The translations under genes and the position numbers were made by a program. Positions 38,434 to 51,693 of a stretch of DNA of 64,000 nt are shown here, in pieces. The DNA is from Octopus bimaculoides (lineage: Eukaryota). Position 1 is the first letter of the stretch. Each line of letters opens with the position of its first letter. The stretch spans positions 117,177,033 through 117,241,032 of the forward strand of contig NC_068983.1 of the NCBI RefSeq assembly GCF_001194135.2. The letters run 5' to 3'. The notes below the pieces were generated by a model. The model made no database searches and had not been told where the DNA came from. It saw only the letters and a list, made by a program, of their open reading frames with translations.

Positions 38434-41400
38434 TATATCCTAATATTGGATATATGATATATAATATAACGAAGCAGGGGGAAGAAATTATATACACGAC
38501 GCACTACTATTACTATTACGCAAGATTCAATGCACTATATCAAGGGCTCACAGTGAACTACTACCAACACGAACTGCTAATCGTTCACTGTTCTTTAATT
38601 TATAACAATGAATCAGTCTACCTTTAATCACTGGAGGGGGTAACAATCCGTCCACAACCTCTCCCCTTTTTTAGAATCAGTCTCCCTTATCTTCTCCCCT
38701 TTTGAGAATTGAACCCCGCGCCGAGTTTTGATATCTCTTACGTTCTGGTTTCAATTCCAGTGTGTCCGTTCTTTTCCGTTTTCTGGTGCTATGACATGTA
38801 ATTTCAAATTGTTTGTGTTGGTAGCTCAAACGTGTCGTACAATACTTCCATAAGGATTTCGACTGTTTTTTTTTTTCTGTGAATCTTTTTTATTAGTTGG
38901 TTAATGTATTTTGTGCTCGATATTTTTTCCTTTTACCATAAATACTACTCTTCCAGTTTGTTTTATGATTACACTGTCCTTCTAGCTTTCTTTACCATAT
39001 CTATAGGTTTTAAAAATCTTTGTCACCTAACTTGAAGAATTTTGAAGTATTTTTGTTGTTGTTCGCTTTTTATTTTCTTTATTTTCGCTCGGTGTCAGCT
39101 TATCAAAAAGAGATCGACCTTTCTAGCAAACATCAATTCTGTTGGTGGCATCCCCGACGATATATTCACATTAGGTGTTACTCGGTACATTCTAAGAAAT
39201 TGTTGAAGTGTAAAATCGTCCATCACTTCATTGTTCACCTTTTTCAATGCCCTCTTGAAAGTGACCACAAAATGCTCCGCTTGTCCATTTGGCCTAGGAT
39301 GATAGAGCGGAGCGGTGACATTTTGGATGACGAACATTTTACAAAATTTTCTGAACTCGTCTGATGTGAATTGAGTTCCATTATCCGACTGCCATACCTG
39401 GCGAACAACTCGTGTAAAAAGCTTATTGCAACCGCGAATGTCGGCTTTTTACATTTATGCACTTCCGGCCACTCTGAAAAACTATTTATTACGACAAAGT
39501 AATATCGTCCCTTGAGTAGATCTGCGTAATCAATATGCAGTTTGACCCACGGAACATCTGTGTTTGGCCACGGTTGCCACCTAGTAGTAGGTAATTTTGC
39601 AGCTAAGGCACACCCTCTGGATCATTTCACAGATTCTTCAATGTCACGGTCCATTGTTGGCCAATATACGTAACTTCTCATTAATGATTTCTGACACAAA
39701 TTCCTTTAATAATCGTTTTTGTAGTGTGGTTGGCACTACGACTCTTTGTGCATACATCACATTGTCACACACTGAGAAATGGTTTGCATTTATGTTGCGC
39801 ATATTTTTTTATCTCTTTTAGCCTTCAGCATTTCTTTCATTTTGATAATGAATATATATCGTTTTCCGATTTTGATTTTCTATCTTGTAAAATAACCGGC
39901 AGTTCGAGAGAGCCTCCTTCTCTATACTTCTTTCCGCCGGTATTAGCGAACGTGAAGCATGAACTACTGGCTTCATAATTCCATCTTTGTACTTGTGCAG
40001 CAATACTGCTCCTATTCCATAATCAGAAGCATCTGAAGCTATGTCAGTGATCATTTCGGGAACGAAATGCACTAGTGACAAATCAGAAATTAGTATTTTT
40101 GTTTATCTCTTCTAACGCATTTTGACACTTTACCGACCAATTCCATTTTACTTATTTTTTCAGTAAAACGTTTAATGGAGTTCTCAGTTTATGCAGCTTA
40201 GGAATGTAATCTTGATAGTAATTTCCTAGCTCAAGGAAAGCTTGTAATGTCGCAATGTTATGTGGGAGAGACATATCTTTAATTACATCTGCCCTCGACT
40301 TGTCAGAACGTCTTCCATTTTTATCAATAATTTGCCCAAAGTATTTGATTTTGGCAAAAAGAATTCACCTTTCTCATAACTCAGAGTGAACTCGTAGTCT
40401 CTTATTTTTCCAGACACTGCTTTTATATACTCAGCATGCTGATCACGCGGATTAATTTTGATCAATATTTCATCCAGGTATGTAATTGCGAATTGACATT
40501 CCGCGAACATCGCATCCATAATCTGTTGAAATATTGCAGGTGCGACCTTCAGACCAAAAGGCAATCTATTATATTTGTACACTCTTCTGTGTGTATATAC
40601 TGTTAAATGATTTGAGAAATCCTCATCAATCCTTATCTGCAGATACGTCTCAGAGCAATTCAATTTCGATAATATTTTGCCAACATTGAATTTTGCAAAA
40701 ATATCCTCTGAAGCAGGAAGTGGATAGAGGCATGTCTTTAAACCGTCATAGAAAAATCGCCACAAGCCTAATTTTGTTATTTTTTTATACACACATTTAG
40801 AGTAATCCACTTTTTTAATGATTCCACATTTTTCCAGTAGTTTTCTGTTGGATTTGAATACTGGCACAGTGTTTTCCTTTAATTGAAAACACGTTTCAGT
40901 CATTTTATATAGACCTAACTTACCTGAGAGTATTTGAGAAAACATCTTTTTAAATTTTTTCTTCTATTTCTCAGACGGCTTATTTTTAGAGGGACAACCA
41001 ATTATGTTCTTACAGTAGTGACGTATGGGAAGATCCCATAAGTCAAATAATTACCACCAGTTGGTAACGAACAGATTAGGTGCGTTCTTTACGACGAAAA
41101 CTTTCGCTTTGCACGTTTTCCCTTAAAATGTAACATCATTCCACATTTCACCTACAAAGTGTAATTTGTCAACCGTTTCGTCACGTGCAGTTTTCATTGG
41201 TTTTCTTAACATAGATTTCCCTATTTTCTTCCACGTGTCGGTGTTAATGATTGAAATGTCAATACCAGTACCCAGTTGTAATTTAATATTTACTCCATTT
41301 ACTTTTACATGTACAAATTTCCTTATTTGGGAGTCGATTTAACTTTCTGCTGAGAGCACTTCAGAATTTCTTACATTTGACCTCCGTACTTTTGTTCTGC

Positions 41401-42536
41401 AGTGTGAACTCTTGTGCCCAAATGTTTTACAACTGTAACAGTTTTGGTTTTTATAAGGACAATCTTTTCTGAAATGTAGGCTTCCACATCCGCAACATGC
41501 ATTAGGACCTAAAAATTTTCTTTGGTTATACTTTCTCGATCGAAATATCTATATTTCTGCGAAATCCTTTTCTTCAATTTTTCTTACTTCGTGTTTCAGG
41601 TTCAACATCCTCTGATACTCTTCTGCAATATTCTGCAGGGTTCAATTTTGGTTCTCTTAAAGTTTTGAAAGAATTCTTGCCCGTATTTCTGTATCTTCAT
41701 TTTCTGTAAGGCCTGGTACAAAAATGAGGCACTTAAATATTTCAGGAGTAAGTTTAAAAGTTTCACACATTCTGGTGACTGTTCCTGCATGCGTAATAAA
41801 GTCATCATCCTCTTTTTTTTAGTTAAATTCCAACACTCCTTTGGATTGTTAAATCGAGAAAAGTTTTATTAACGAACATGTTAGACAATAATTTGATTGT
41901 TTCCTGAAAATAAATTTTACTAGACGTTTTCGACAATAAGAAATTACAGTATCGTTCATGCTCAGACGGAGCTAATTTACATAATTGTCTTTGTCCTCTG
42001 AGTTATAACTTAATTCTTTTATAGAATTCGATATGCCGTCTGGCAAAAAAGAACTTACCGCATTTTCGGACTTCTTTGCGTATAGCTCCAATAATTGTTG
42101 TTGTTGTTGCTGCTGTTCTAGTTGCTTCTGCAATTCCTGTTGCTGTTGTTGTTCCTTTTCCAACTGTATTATAGAAGTTAGTTCGTCTTCCATCGTATAA
42201 CAAATTTTATCACGAACAAATTGTTAAGTAACCTACTTGAGCGTCGAAACCATCGTCGCCAGATGTTGTATCTTCCGTCTCCAATATCATGGTACCATCA
42301 CGATATTGTGGCGGATGGTTCGATACACTGTACCGGTGTTGTAACAATAAACAGGATAACGATGCAGCCGCAATAACAACGTTACCATCCAACAACCTCA
42401 TCACGAAACCAACTAACCAGCTGCCACCTTAGGGCTTCACTGTGAACTAAACTCGAACTAACCCAAACTTCACTCCGACCTCCACTGTTCATAATCGCTC
42501 GGTCTAGTTTATTTCTCGCAAGGGGGCATCGCAACA
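38434..42536 (-). mobile_element. Ty3/Gypsy LTR retrotransposon, Mag-like lineage, decayed
   Basis: 5' LTR 42536-42264 (TG..CA); PBS TGGCGACGA 42261-42253 (fits the 3' end of tRNA-Ser(GCU)); Gag with poly-Q start and paired knuckles CCGCGSLHFRKDC and CYSCKTFGHKSSHC (~41400-41490); protease LQLGTGIDISII (D to G); RT ..APAIFQQIMD..YLDE (40283..40945); RNase H SDASDYGIGAVL; integrase PWVKLHIDYA..YHPRPNGQAE; PPT AAAAAAGGGGAGAGG near 38658-38672; 3' LTR ~38656-38434. Confidence 0.92.
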
Positions 42537-42570
42537 ATACTGTATAAATATATACATACATACATTTATA

Positions 42571-42614
<44 letters not shown>

Positions 42615-42617
<3 letters not shown>

Positions 42618-42757
42618 CGCTTCTCTCAGTTTTCGTCTACCAAACTATCAAATCCACAAGTCCAATCAGTAGACTTAAGTTGGTCCCCAGATGCCCCGCA
42701 GTGTGACATAACCCGAAAGCATGGAGGTGGAAAGAATACTTCTTACCAGAAATCCAC
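42615..42757 (-). mobile_element. SINE type C, diverged
   Basis: CTTCTCTCAGTTTTCGTCTACCAAA..GCAGTG..ACCCGAAAGCATG..CTTCTTACCA, matching 35240-35392. Confidence 0.65.
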
Positions 42758-43251
42758 GTATGTATGTGAGTATATGAGTGAGTGAGTGTGTGTGTATGTG
42801 TGTGTGTGCGTACGTGTATGTGTGTATGTGTGCGCGTGTGTGTTTGTCTATGTATGTATGTATGTACGTATGTATGTATGTATGTATGTATGTGGATTAC
42901 TCGTGTGTATGCATGTATTCCGGGATTTGAGGATTCTCGTTCGATAATAGCGATAAGGATTGTTGGGTTATTGATTCGCTGACACTCTTAAATGGCAATC
43001 AGATAAAAGACAAATGATTTAGATGATTACAAATATACATTGTATAGAGGGTTTAACCTCTGCTAGGAATGAATGAATCATGTTACTAAACATTAATTGG
43101 ATTTTCAGAATTTGAATGTGCGCACAGGTTACTTGGCTTTTCATGTCAATTCTTCATAACAAGAGACAAAAATGGAACATATCGTGTGTGTGTGTGTGTG
43201 TGTGTAAGTGATTAAATGTGTGAACTTGCATGAATATGAACTCGCACTCAC

Positions 43252-43294
43252 TAATAGTTGGGCTGAAAGAGATAAGCACACTATGATGATTATA
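43252..43294 (-). CDS. Candidate small exon (43 nt)
   Basis: Acceptor atttttgtttcttAG, donor TTA|GTGAGT; two frames are open (YNHHSVLISFSPTI or IIIIVCLSLSAQLL). Confidence 0.2.
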
Positions 43295-43371
43295 CTAAGA
43301 AACAAAAATCGTAGTAACAAATACACGTTGCTTTCCTCCATATTTTATCAAATAATATCTATAGATGTCAA

Positions 43372-43588
43372 GATGGTTAGCTAGTAGAAACGTTAGCACG
43401 CCGGGCAAAATACTTAGCGGTATTTCGTCTGTCTTTACGTTCTTAGTTCAAATTCCGCCGAGGTAGATTTTACCTTTCATCCTTTCGGGATCGATTAATC
43501 AAGTATCAGTTGCGTACTAGGGTCGATCTAATCGACTGGCGGTCTCCTCCAAAACTTAGGGCCTTGTGCCTCAAGTAGAAAATAATAT
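43372..43588 (+). mobile_element. SINE type A
   Basis: Near full-length match, including TAGTTCAAATTCCGCCGAGG and GGGCCTTGTGCC. Confidence 0.9.
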
Positions 43589-44687
43589 TTATGGATGTCT
43601 TATTGTTGGTGTCGGCGCGTATACCTATGTTTCTGTAAATCATTTTGCATACATATGTGTATTGGTACGTATATAAATCAATAATCACACTGAGTGCCTT
43701 CATAGTCTGGTTCGTATTAAATAAAATTCGATGCATATCATCTAAATATCATTTACAAAAATATTCATAGAAAAATCCAAGAATTTAAGAATAAAAGAAC
43801 GTGAATAGTGAGGGAGAATAACCTTTCAGAATATATTGTCACATCAGTTGTTTGTTTTATATCTAGAGCCCTCTCAACCTGCTAAAGTTAGCAGCTAAAT
43901 TTATTCAAAGCACATATTTGCATAATAGGGTCCGTAACACAATTAAAGAAGTATTATGAGCTTAGTCAGCTTCGAGCTTGGCTACGTGAATTCCTTGGGC
44001 TTATGCTACCGAGAGAGCAAGGTTATGTTCAATGAGATGGCAAACAGCAGCTGAAATGGATATGGATTCGTTATTATAATGGAGCACAGTATGATATATT
44101 ATTTACCAGTATCACACACACACACACACATATAGAGGAGAGAGAGGGGGAAATATTGATATATGGATACGTGATGATGCGGGCAATTCTGTGCGTTTGT
44201 GTGTTTGTATTATGTCATATTGTTATATTTATGAAATGAAAATCGTGGCTACTATAACAAGATGACTTGCCACTGTTTCAGAAACAATGTTTCAATCTGT
44301 CGGACTCTACTAATGAATTTGAATTACAGATCTACAATTAACAATAGTAGAGTTAATAATGATAGAATGTTTAATAATGTGTTATTACTGAAAATGCTGA
44401 TGTTGTGGTCGTTGTCTTTTCTTCGGCATGTATAAAACTCTGTAGACACACAGTTAATGCTAGATTTTATGACGACAGAAGCCAGTACTTCATGGACTGT
44501 AACATCAATGACATCAATATAACTAGTAGCAAGCAGAAATAGAAATAATCTTTGACTACAGCAGCGAGGATGCTTATGCGAGAACGTGTGTTCGTAAGTG
44601 TGAGGCGTTTCATTAACTTTGTGCGTTGGAAAGAGAGACCGAGAGAGTGTGTATATGTGAAAGAATGAGAGAGAGATTTAGAGATTT

Positions 44688-44693
<6 letters not shown>

Positions 44694-44756
<63 letters not shown>
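44694..44756. repeat. (AG)n microsatellite
   Basis: Visible. Confidence 0.95.
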
Positions 44757-44761
<5 letters not shown>

Positions 44762-44932
44762 AGATAGGGGAATATACGGAGATTAGCAGAAATACAAAGG
44801 GATATGTGATATATAATATATGCGTGTTGAACAAACGCTATCAGTATCATACAAGCACATAAGTATACAGTAATGAAACTACACACCTGGTGTTGGTGAT
44901 TTATTTTTCTTCTTTGGACATTTCCCTTTCTC

Positions 44933-44968
44933 CTTTCCGATGAAGAGCTATGCTCGAAACATCAAAAG
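44933..44968 (+). ncRNA. Decayed minimal hammerhead-like motif in a short repeat (about 44885-45063)
   Basis: CTTT-CCGATGA-AGAGCTATGCTC-GAAA-CATC-AAAAG; two transitions from the canonical CTGATGA..GAAACGTC. Confidence 0.55.
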
Positions 44969-45214
44969 CTCTCTCTACTTACTGAGCATCAAAACTAATA
45001 CATTCATTGTGCACGTCACCTTGTTCTTCGTAGTTGTCGATTTTATTGTTCGTTTATTTGATTANNNNNNNNNNNNNNNNNNNNNNNNNNNNNNNNNNNN
45101 NNNNNNNNNNNNNNNNNNNNNNNNNNNNNNNNNNNNNNNNNNNNNNNNNNNNNNNNNNNNNNNNACATACGTACATACATACATACATACATACATACGT
45201 ACATACATATATAT

Positions 45215-46090
45215 GTTGTTTCTGGTGAAGTAGCAAATTAGACGTTGCCGCTCTTCATTGTGCCCCTTGCCGCGATGTGGGTTCATCCAGTATGCAGATA
45301 AAAATTGTCTATATGTTTTTGGAAGACTTCCATGTCTTCACCTCGTAGATCCCTGATGTTCTGTGGTAGGGCATTAAAAGGTTGTGGTTCGGGGAGTGTT
45401 GTAGATTACAATTACTGAAATTGGAGCTAGACCCTCCATTATGTTCCATATGTATAACACTGCATATCTCTCACGTCTTCTCTGCAGGGAATAGTGTCCC
45501 AGTTCCTTCAACCTCTCCCAGTAGCCCATGTGCTTTACGGAGTCTATCTTCTTTGCGTAGTGGCGTTGGATCGCCTCTAGTTCCGCAATTATTTTTACGC
45601 TCTCCGGTGACCACAGTTGGGAGCAATAGCCCAGACGACTGAGGAAAAAAGTTCCCTAAAGCAGAAGCATTGTGTCTCTGTTCCTGATCCTGAAGGATCT
45701 AAGGATCCAACCTGCCACCCGACTGCATAGTGTTGCCATCTGAGCAATTTGCACATGGAACGTTGCGTCATTGCTCTATCTCTGAGGTTGCATTGCCTGC
45801 TAGTACCCTGGGATTACATTGCCTGCTGGTACCCTGGGATTACATTGCCTGCTGGTACCCTGTACCAGTTGTAGTTTGCCTTGGCCAGTTAGCGGAGTGT
45901 TTGAAATTTTACGACATTGAACTGCATACTATTCTCATCTGCCCATTTATATATTGTGTCCAGGTTATTCTGTAGTCTTAGGCTATTAGTAGGGTCCTTG
46001 ACTGCCTGCGATACTTTAGTATCATCGGCGTAGCTGGTGAGTTTGGCTAACTCTATCGCTGAGGGCATGTCCGAGAGAGCAACTACAAAC
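45215..46090 (-). mobile_element. CR1/L2-like LINE 3' fragment (RT catalytic region to tail)
   Basis: LSDMPSAIELAKLTSYADDTKVSQ..LQNNLDTIYKWADENSMQFN; LQRRRERYAVLYIWNIMEGLAP. Confidence 0.85.
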
Positions 46091-46311
46091 AGTAGTGGTG
46101 CCAGTATATAATAATAATAATAATAATTATTATTATTAGATCTGGTGTTACAGCGAACACTATCAACACCGTAATATATATTATTATAATTATTACCGTT
46201 GATGATATGCGAATTACTACCAATATTGCAACAATTTTTTTATGACTAGTTGTACTATTAAAATCATAGTTACCACCACCACCACCACCACCACCATTTT
46301 TCTTTTCCTGT

Positions 46312-46521
46312 CTATTCAAGGCACAAGGCCCGAAATTTTGAAGGAGAGGACCAGTCGATTAGATTGACCTCAGTTCGCAGCTGATACTTAATTTATAGAC
46401 TCCCAAAAGATGAAAGGTAAAGTCGACCTCGGCGGAATTTGAACTCAGAGCTTAAAGACGGGCGAAATACCGCTAAGCACTTCGCCCGACGTGCTAACGT
46501 TTCTGCCGGCTCGCTGCCTTA
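46312..46521 (-). mobile_element. SINE type A
   Basis: Full-length; head GGCAGCGAGCCGGCAGAAACGTTAGC, GAGTTCAAATTCCGCCGAGGTCGAC. Confidence 0.9.
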
Positions 46522-46739
46522 CTACCACCAATATCATTGTCATGGTTATTATCAGTACTATTATTGCAACCACCACTACTACTATTATAAGTAATAATAG
46601 CAGCTACAGCAGCAGTATCAGAAACAGCAGTAACAATAAAGAACCAGCAGAAGTAGTAGAGTTATTTGCAATAGAAATTGTGTTCATAATATCTACATAA
46701 TTGTTATTATTACGAGAATGAAGATTATGAATTTTATTT

Positions 46740-47163
46740 AGTTTTTTTTATAGTTTAAGGAAGAGATAATATCGCCTAAATAGGTGTTGTAGAATATGAG
46801 AATTTTATTGTGTTTATTGAGTATTAATGGTATCTATTATTAGAGTGAAAGTATATTTATAATGCTTGAGAGAATAAAGAAGATATTTTACTAGATACAT
46901 GACTAGTAAATGGAGCATTATAGCATATATTGCTAGTCTGTTGAATGGTTTATTAGACTGATAATTTTTATTATTAGTTTTCAGTAGGGATTTTATAATT
47001 ATTAGTATTATGAGATTTGCATTTACATTCATTAACTTTATTACTGCAGTAGTGATTAATACATAATTTATGGATTTGATCATTATTATTTGATTTATCT
47101 TTAGGATTATAAGTTTTAAGACATTTTGTGTTGGTAAGTTCTTTATTTAACCTATTAAATATG

Positions 47164-47223
<60 letters not shown>

Positions 47224-48340
47224 GTGATTCTTGTTTATCCTTTCTATGAGTAATATATCCTTTTTACACTTATAGCCAGCTCTAGAAAGAACTCATCATG
47301 ATATTTCTTCGTTAGCCTAAATTTTGGAAGTGTGATGTGAGATGCTATTTATAAATGATTTTATCATTGCACGTAGCTGTTAGAATTTTTGTTTATGTAT
47401 TGCTGATTTTCATTAATTTTGTAATATGGTTTATATACCAGATTTTAAACTGAATTAAACATCTAAGACATCTGCTGTTTTAAAGTTAGATTTTTCAGTA
47501 ATAGAAAGCCTGAAAATTAAAAAAAAATTACTGACTTGCTTTTTGATTTTTTTTTATCTATGCTTACGCTTCTATGTTCTTAAAAGTAGAAAAGAGAATC
47601 TGCTCGATGTAATCCTCCCTGAATAGAAATGAAATGTAATTTAATATTATATAATAAGTATACTTCTACAAAATCTTCGACCTCAGCGAAGTCACTGGAC
47701 TACGTAGTTATATCGAAATTATCAGGTCTATTTTTTCTCTTTCATAATTTATTGCCAGATCTGATAATAGGTTTTCTAGCTTCGAGAGTTATATGAATTT
47801 CTTTTTGTCAAGATTAGTATTTTTCACAGTAAAAATAAGAGCTTTGTTAAGAAGAGTAGGAATTATTGATGAGTAATAGTTTTTAATATCAATTTGTAGA
47901 AGTTTCATGTTTTTTTTTTTGTCCTTGAAGTTGATGACACAATCTATCACGGTTAAGCAATCAGTCCAGATTAAGAGAAATAATTGATTTTAAAAAAGGA
48001 GTAATACGATCTAAAATTTCTTTACTCATTCCACCAATATCAGATTTAAATGGGCAAATTGGTCTTATTGCAAGATTTTCCGCGAAATTATGTTTATGAT
48101 CCTTTAAGTGATTCTCGGTGTCATAGTTTCATGAGCTATAGTTTGATCTTTAATATTAATGTCATTTGCTATTTTAAGTCCTGTTGAGTTGATATTGTCT
48201 AAAATCGATTCAGAATTCTTTTTTTATAATTTTTATATAATTCTTATATATTAAGTTTATTATGTCTCTGAATACAAAAGTTGTAAGCGTTTCCAATTTT
48301 ATCTGAATATACTAGAATTTGTAAAGCACTTTCTAGTTTT
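46740..48340 (-). mobile_element. Penelope-like (Naiad-type) reverse transcriptase + thumb pseudogene; endonuclease end absent
   Basis: SDKIGNAY, RIT/LKDHKHNF..RPICPFKSDIGGMSKEILD, QIDIKNYYSSI, FDITT*SSDFAEV, GLHRADSL (YRDD site degenerate), YNAPFTSHV..KFSYS..DIISSLN; many stops and frameshifts; (AAT)n at 47168-47222 lies inside. Confidence 0.85.
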
Positions 48341-49226
48341 TTAATTATATGTTGGATTTGTGAGGATGTGTGCGCGTGTGTGTGTGTAGTGGGGGGGTGT
48401 ATCTGTATATGTATGAATGAAAAGGTGTATGCATTATGTACATTGATATATGTCTGAAGAATTTCTAATATGAAATGTCTTATATGTTTATCTACAAATT
48501 TGTAATTCCTGTTAGCTATTGAAACATGTGTAATGGTGACTAACTAGTATCAAAAACATTTTCCAACCGCCCATTTTGAAATGCAATTACTTTGCAAAAA
48601 ATATTCCCGAAATAACTACATGCACAATTGACTGTAATAACTATATACACAATTCGAAGAGTAGATTAAACAGATATGCTTCATCGGGATACAGCTTGGA
48701 TTTTAATCCTACTTGCATTATGTATGTACGTGAGTATGCATGTATGTATGCGTGTGTGTGTGTGTTCGTGTTTGTGTGTGTGTGTGAGAGAGAGAGAGGT
48801 GACAGAAAATGTGCTTTCGTGTGTAGCTTATCCTACACATGCTTTATACACTTATTGAAAAAGCAGAAAATAGTTTCTGTTCGTAATACATGGCCAAGGG
48901 ATAGTAACCTTTATTTGAATCAACAAAACCTGGCAAACAACACATTGAATAAAACAATTACATGAATGTAAATTATGTGAAATATTTGTACAGTAGAAAA
49001 AGGAAATTTATTCACCATAAATTTAATCTGTATGCAACAAATTAAGAATGAATGCTCTCATGTGACACACCAACATCACACAGTCTTTTCTCTTTTATAA
49101 AGACAAAATGCAGTGACTAGTAAACTTGAGTATTACCTTTAGTATTTTTCAAGTAAGACAGATCTCTTGTTAAATCTGATATATAAAAGAAATATTCTGA
49201 AAAATTCTACTTGTAATTCAGCTTAC

Positions 49227-49346
49227 GGAAGTTAAGAATGTGTACATGCTTGCAAGAGAATAGTTTGACAGCAATTCGACAGTGTTTATAAGTTCTAGTA
49301 TTGTGTAAATGTTGAAAGTAACCAAAATTAAATGCAATCTAAGAAA
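49227..49346 (-). CDS. Candidate exon: FLRLHLILVTFNIYTILELINTVELLSNYSLASMYTFLTS (alternative acceptor at 49338)
   Basis: Acceptor aatattttttttAG (or tttcttAG), donor TCC|GTAAGC; single open frame; hydrophobic. Confidence 0.25.
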
Positions 49347-49517
49347 CTAAAAAAAATATTTCCACGAGAGGCTGGTTTTACTGTTTTTTTGTCATGTCAC
49401 GAATAAAAATCGAAAAGCTGTTTTAAGTAATTTTCTTTTTTCCTGAACATTGCAAGACTTATGGGAAGTCACCACACCCAAAAGCACACATATCTGTCTA
49501 TGTATCTAGCTAACGTC

Positions 49518-49554
<37 letters not shown>

Positions 49555-49762
49555 NNNNNNNNNNNNNNNNNNNNNNNNNNNNNNNNNNNNNNNNNNNNNN
49601 NNNNNNNNNNNNNNNNNNNNNNNNNNNNNNNNNNNNNNNNNNNNNNNNNNNNNNNNNNNNNNNNNNNNNNNNNNNNNNNNNNNNNNNNNNNNNNNNNNNN
49701 NNNNNNNNNNNNNNNNNNNNNNNNNNNNNNNNNNNNNNNNNNNNNNNNNNNNNNNNNNNNNN

Positions 49763-49811
<49 letters not shown>

Positions 49812-49814
<3 letters not shown>

Positions 49815-50030
49815 TCTTTTACTTGTTTCAGTCACTTGACTGCGGTTATGCTGGAGCACCACCTTTAGTCGAATAAATCGACCTCAGGACTTATTCTTTG
49901 TAAGCCTATTGCTTATTCTTTTCTACTCTAGGTACTCTAGGCACAAGGTCCGAAACTTTGGGGGAGGGGGCCAGTCGATTACATCAACTCCAGAACGCAA
50001 CTGGTACTTAAATTATCTACTCCCAAACGA
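49812..50030 (-). mobile_element. Adjacent SINE fragments: type B (49812-49912) and type A 3' part (49935-50030)
   Basis: Motif matches to the other copies. Confidence 0.75.
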
Positions 50031-50437
50031 TAGAATGTAAGAATAGAATGAAATAGATTTATTCATAGTTTTGTTATATGCCTCCGATTCTTTAAATGAG
50101 GCATATATCCACTGCTTCAGGCGATTGGGCTCATCTTCATAATTTTCACCCTATTAATGCATTTAGTTAACGGACCGAAAATAACTCTACTGCAAGAAAT
50201 GCAATCACTGTTCATCTCACAAAATTAACATTTATATCAAGTGTTGTTAGGTACATCCGCTAACTGTACACTTCATCAAGTTGCAAAGTAAGTGAATTCA
50301 TCTACGTGATATGAATGTAATAGATCACAGGTTATCTGACGTTAATCTGTGCCGAAAGGACTCTTGTACATTCGAAACAATAAGTCTAAGCAGGTGTAAG
50401 CAAGTCTGTGGTGTTCTGTTTCTCACTACCACATGTT

Positions 50438-50680
<243 letters not shown>

Positions 50681-51281
50681 CACTTGTAGAAGCAATAGTA
50701 ATTACTGTTGTTGACGTGGCTGTCGTGGTTGTGGTTCAATCCTATATCATATTTGAGAGAGTTCATGCCTAAATATAATTATTCCAGAGGTTTTCATCCC
50801 CTCAATTGTTCTGTTTTAAGATGGTTGGATGTCATTTAAAGGATATATGGCTGCTCTTCGACCAAACTAAGAGCTCTCACATTGGCTAATCACGACCTCA
50901 CATCATTGTTTCTGTCTATTTGTACACACACTAAAAAGATTTACTTAAATCATGAAAGATTGTAGTTTATAATTAATCAGTTTCATGTCATATGGAGCTC
51001 TTCACTTATAACGTAAGGTATTTAAACGATATTATTTCTTAAATTCCTCAAGCTACTGTTGCATGTGTAACTTCGCTTGGATCTTTTCCCTTTGATGGGC
51101 AACTCGATGAATTAATTTTCTTTAACTAAACACTTTGAAACTTCGGATACTGGTAGAATGTGTCATATAGAACATCCTTTATACTTAGCGTTGTTGAAAA
51201 AAGTTTCCTTTTTCGAAGTTATTTCGTGTTAAATTTGTCGTATTTCGGTAATTTCAACCAATCAATGACGTCTACTCAGCT

Positions 51282-51620
51282 GAATAAAATTACTGTTGTT
51301 GTTTGTCAACAACTATCCCTAACCCTAACCCTTACCCTAAAACCCTAACCCTAACCCTAAATCCATAACCCTAACCCTAAGACCATAACCCTAAAACCCT
51401 AACCCTAACCCTAATACCCTAACCCTAAAACCCTAACCCTAAAACCCTAACCCTAATCCTGAAACCCTAACCCAAACCCTAACCCTAACTAGAAAAATTG
51501 TTGTAAATTTTTTTAAAGCTAAAACCAGTACAAACGCACGAATGATGCCATAAATAACAATGACAAACACAATATACACCACCGATAGTTGTTGTTGACA
51601 AACAATAGCAGTAATTTTTT
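51282..51620. mobile_element. Small inverted-repeat (MITE/HINE-like) element enclosing a degenerate (CCCTAA)n array (51317-51489)
   Basis: Left AAAATTACTGTTGTTGTTTGTCAACAACTAT versus right ATAGTTGTTGTTGACAAACAATAGCAGTAATTTT (51585-51618). Confidence 0.7.
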
Positions 51621-51693
51621 CCGATTAAAAGATGTTAAACTCGAGCTTGAACGATATTCCGTACACCATTTCTTTATATAGAAATTTCCTTAC

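Noticed and set aside
44325-44660. Start-less minus-strand open frame of about 110 codons
   Set aside because: About one such frame is expected by chance in a window of this size and composition; no motif recognised.
51317-51489. True telomere or chromosome fusion site
   Set aside because: Short, single orientation, internal and enclosed by inverted repeats.
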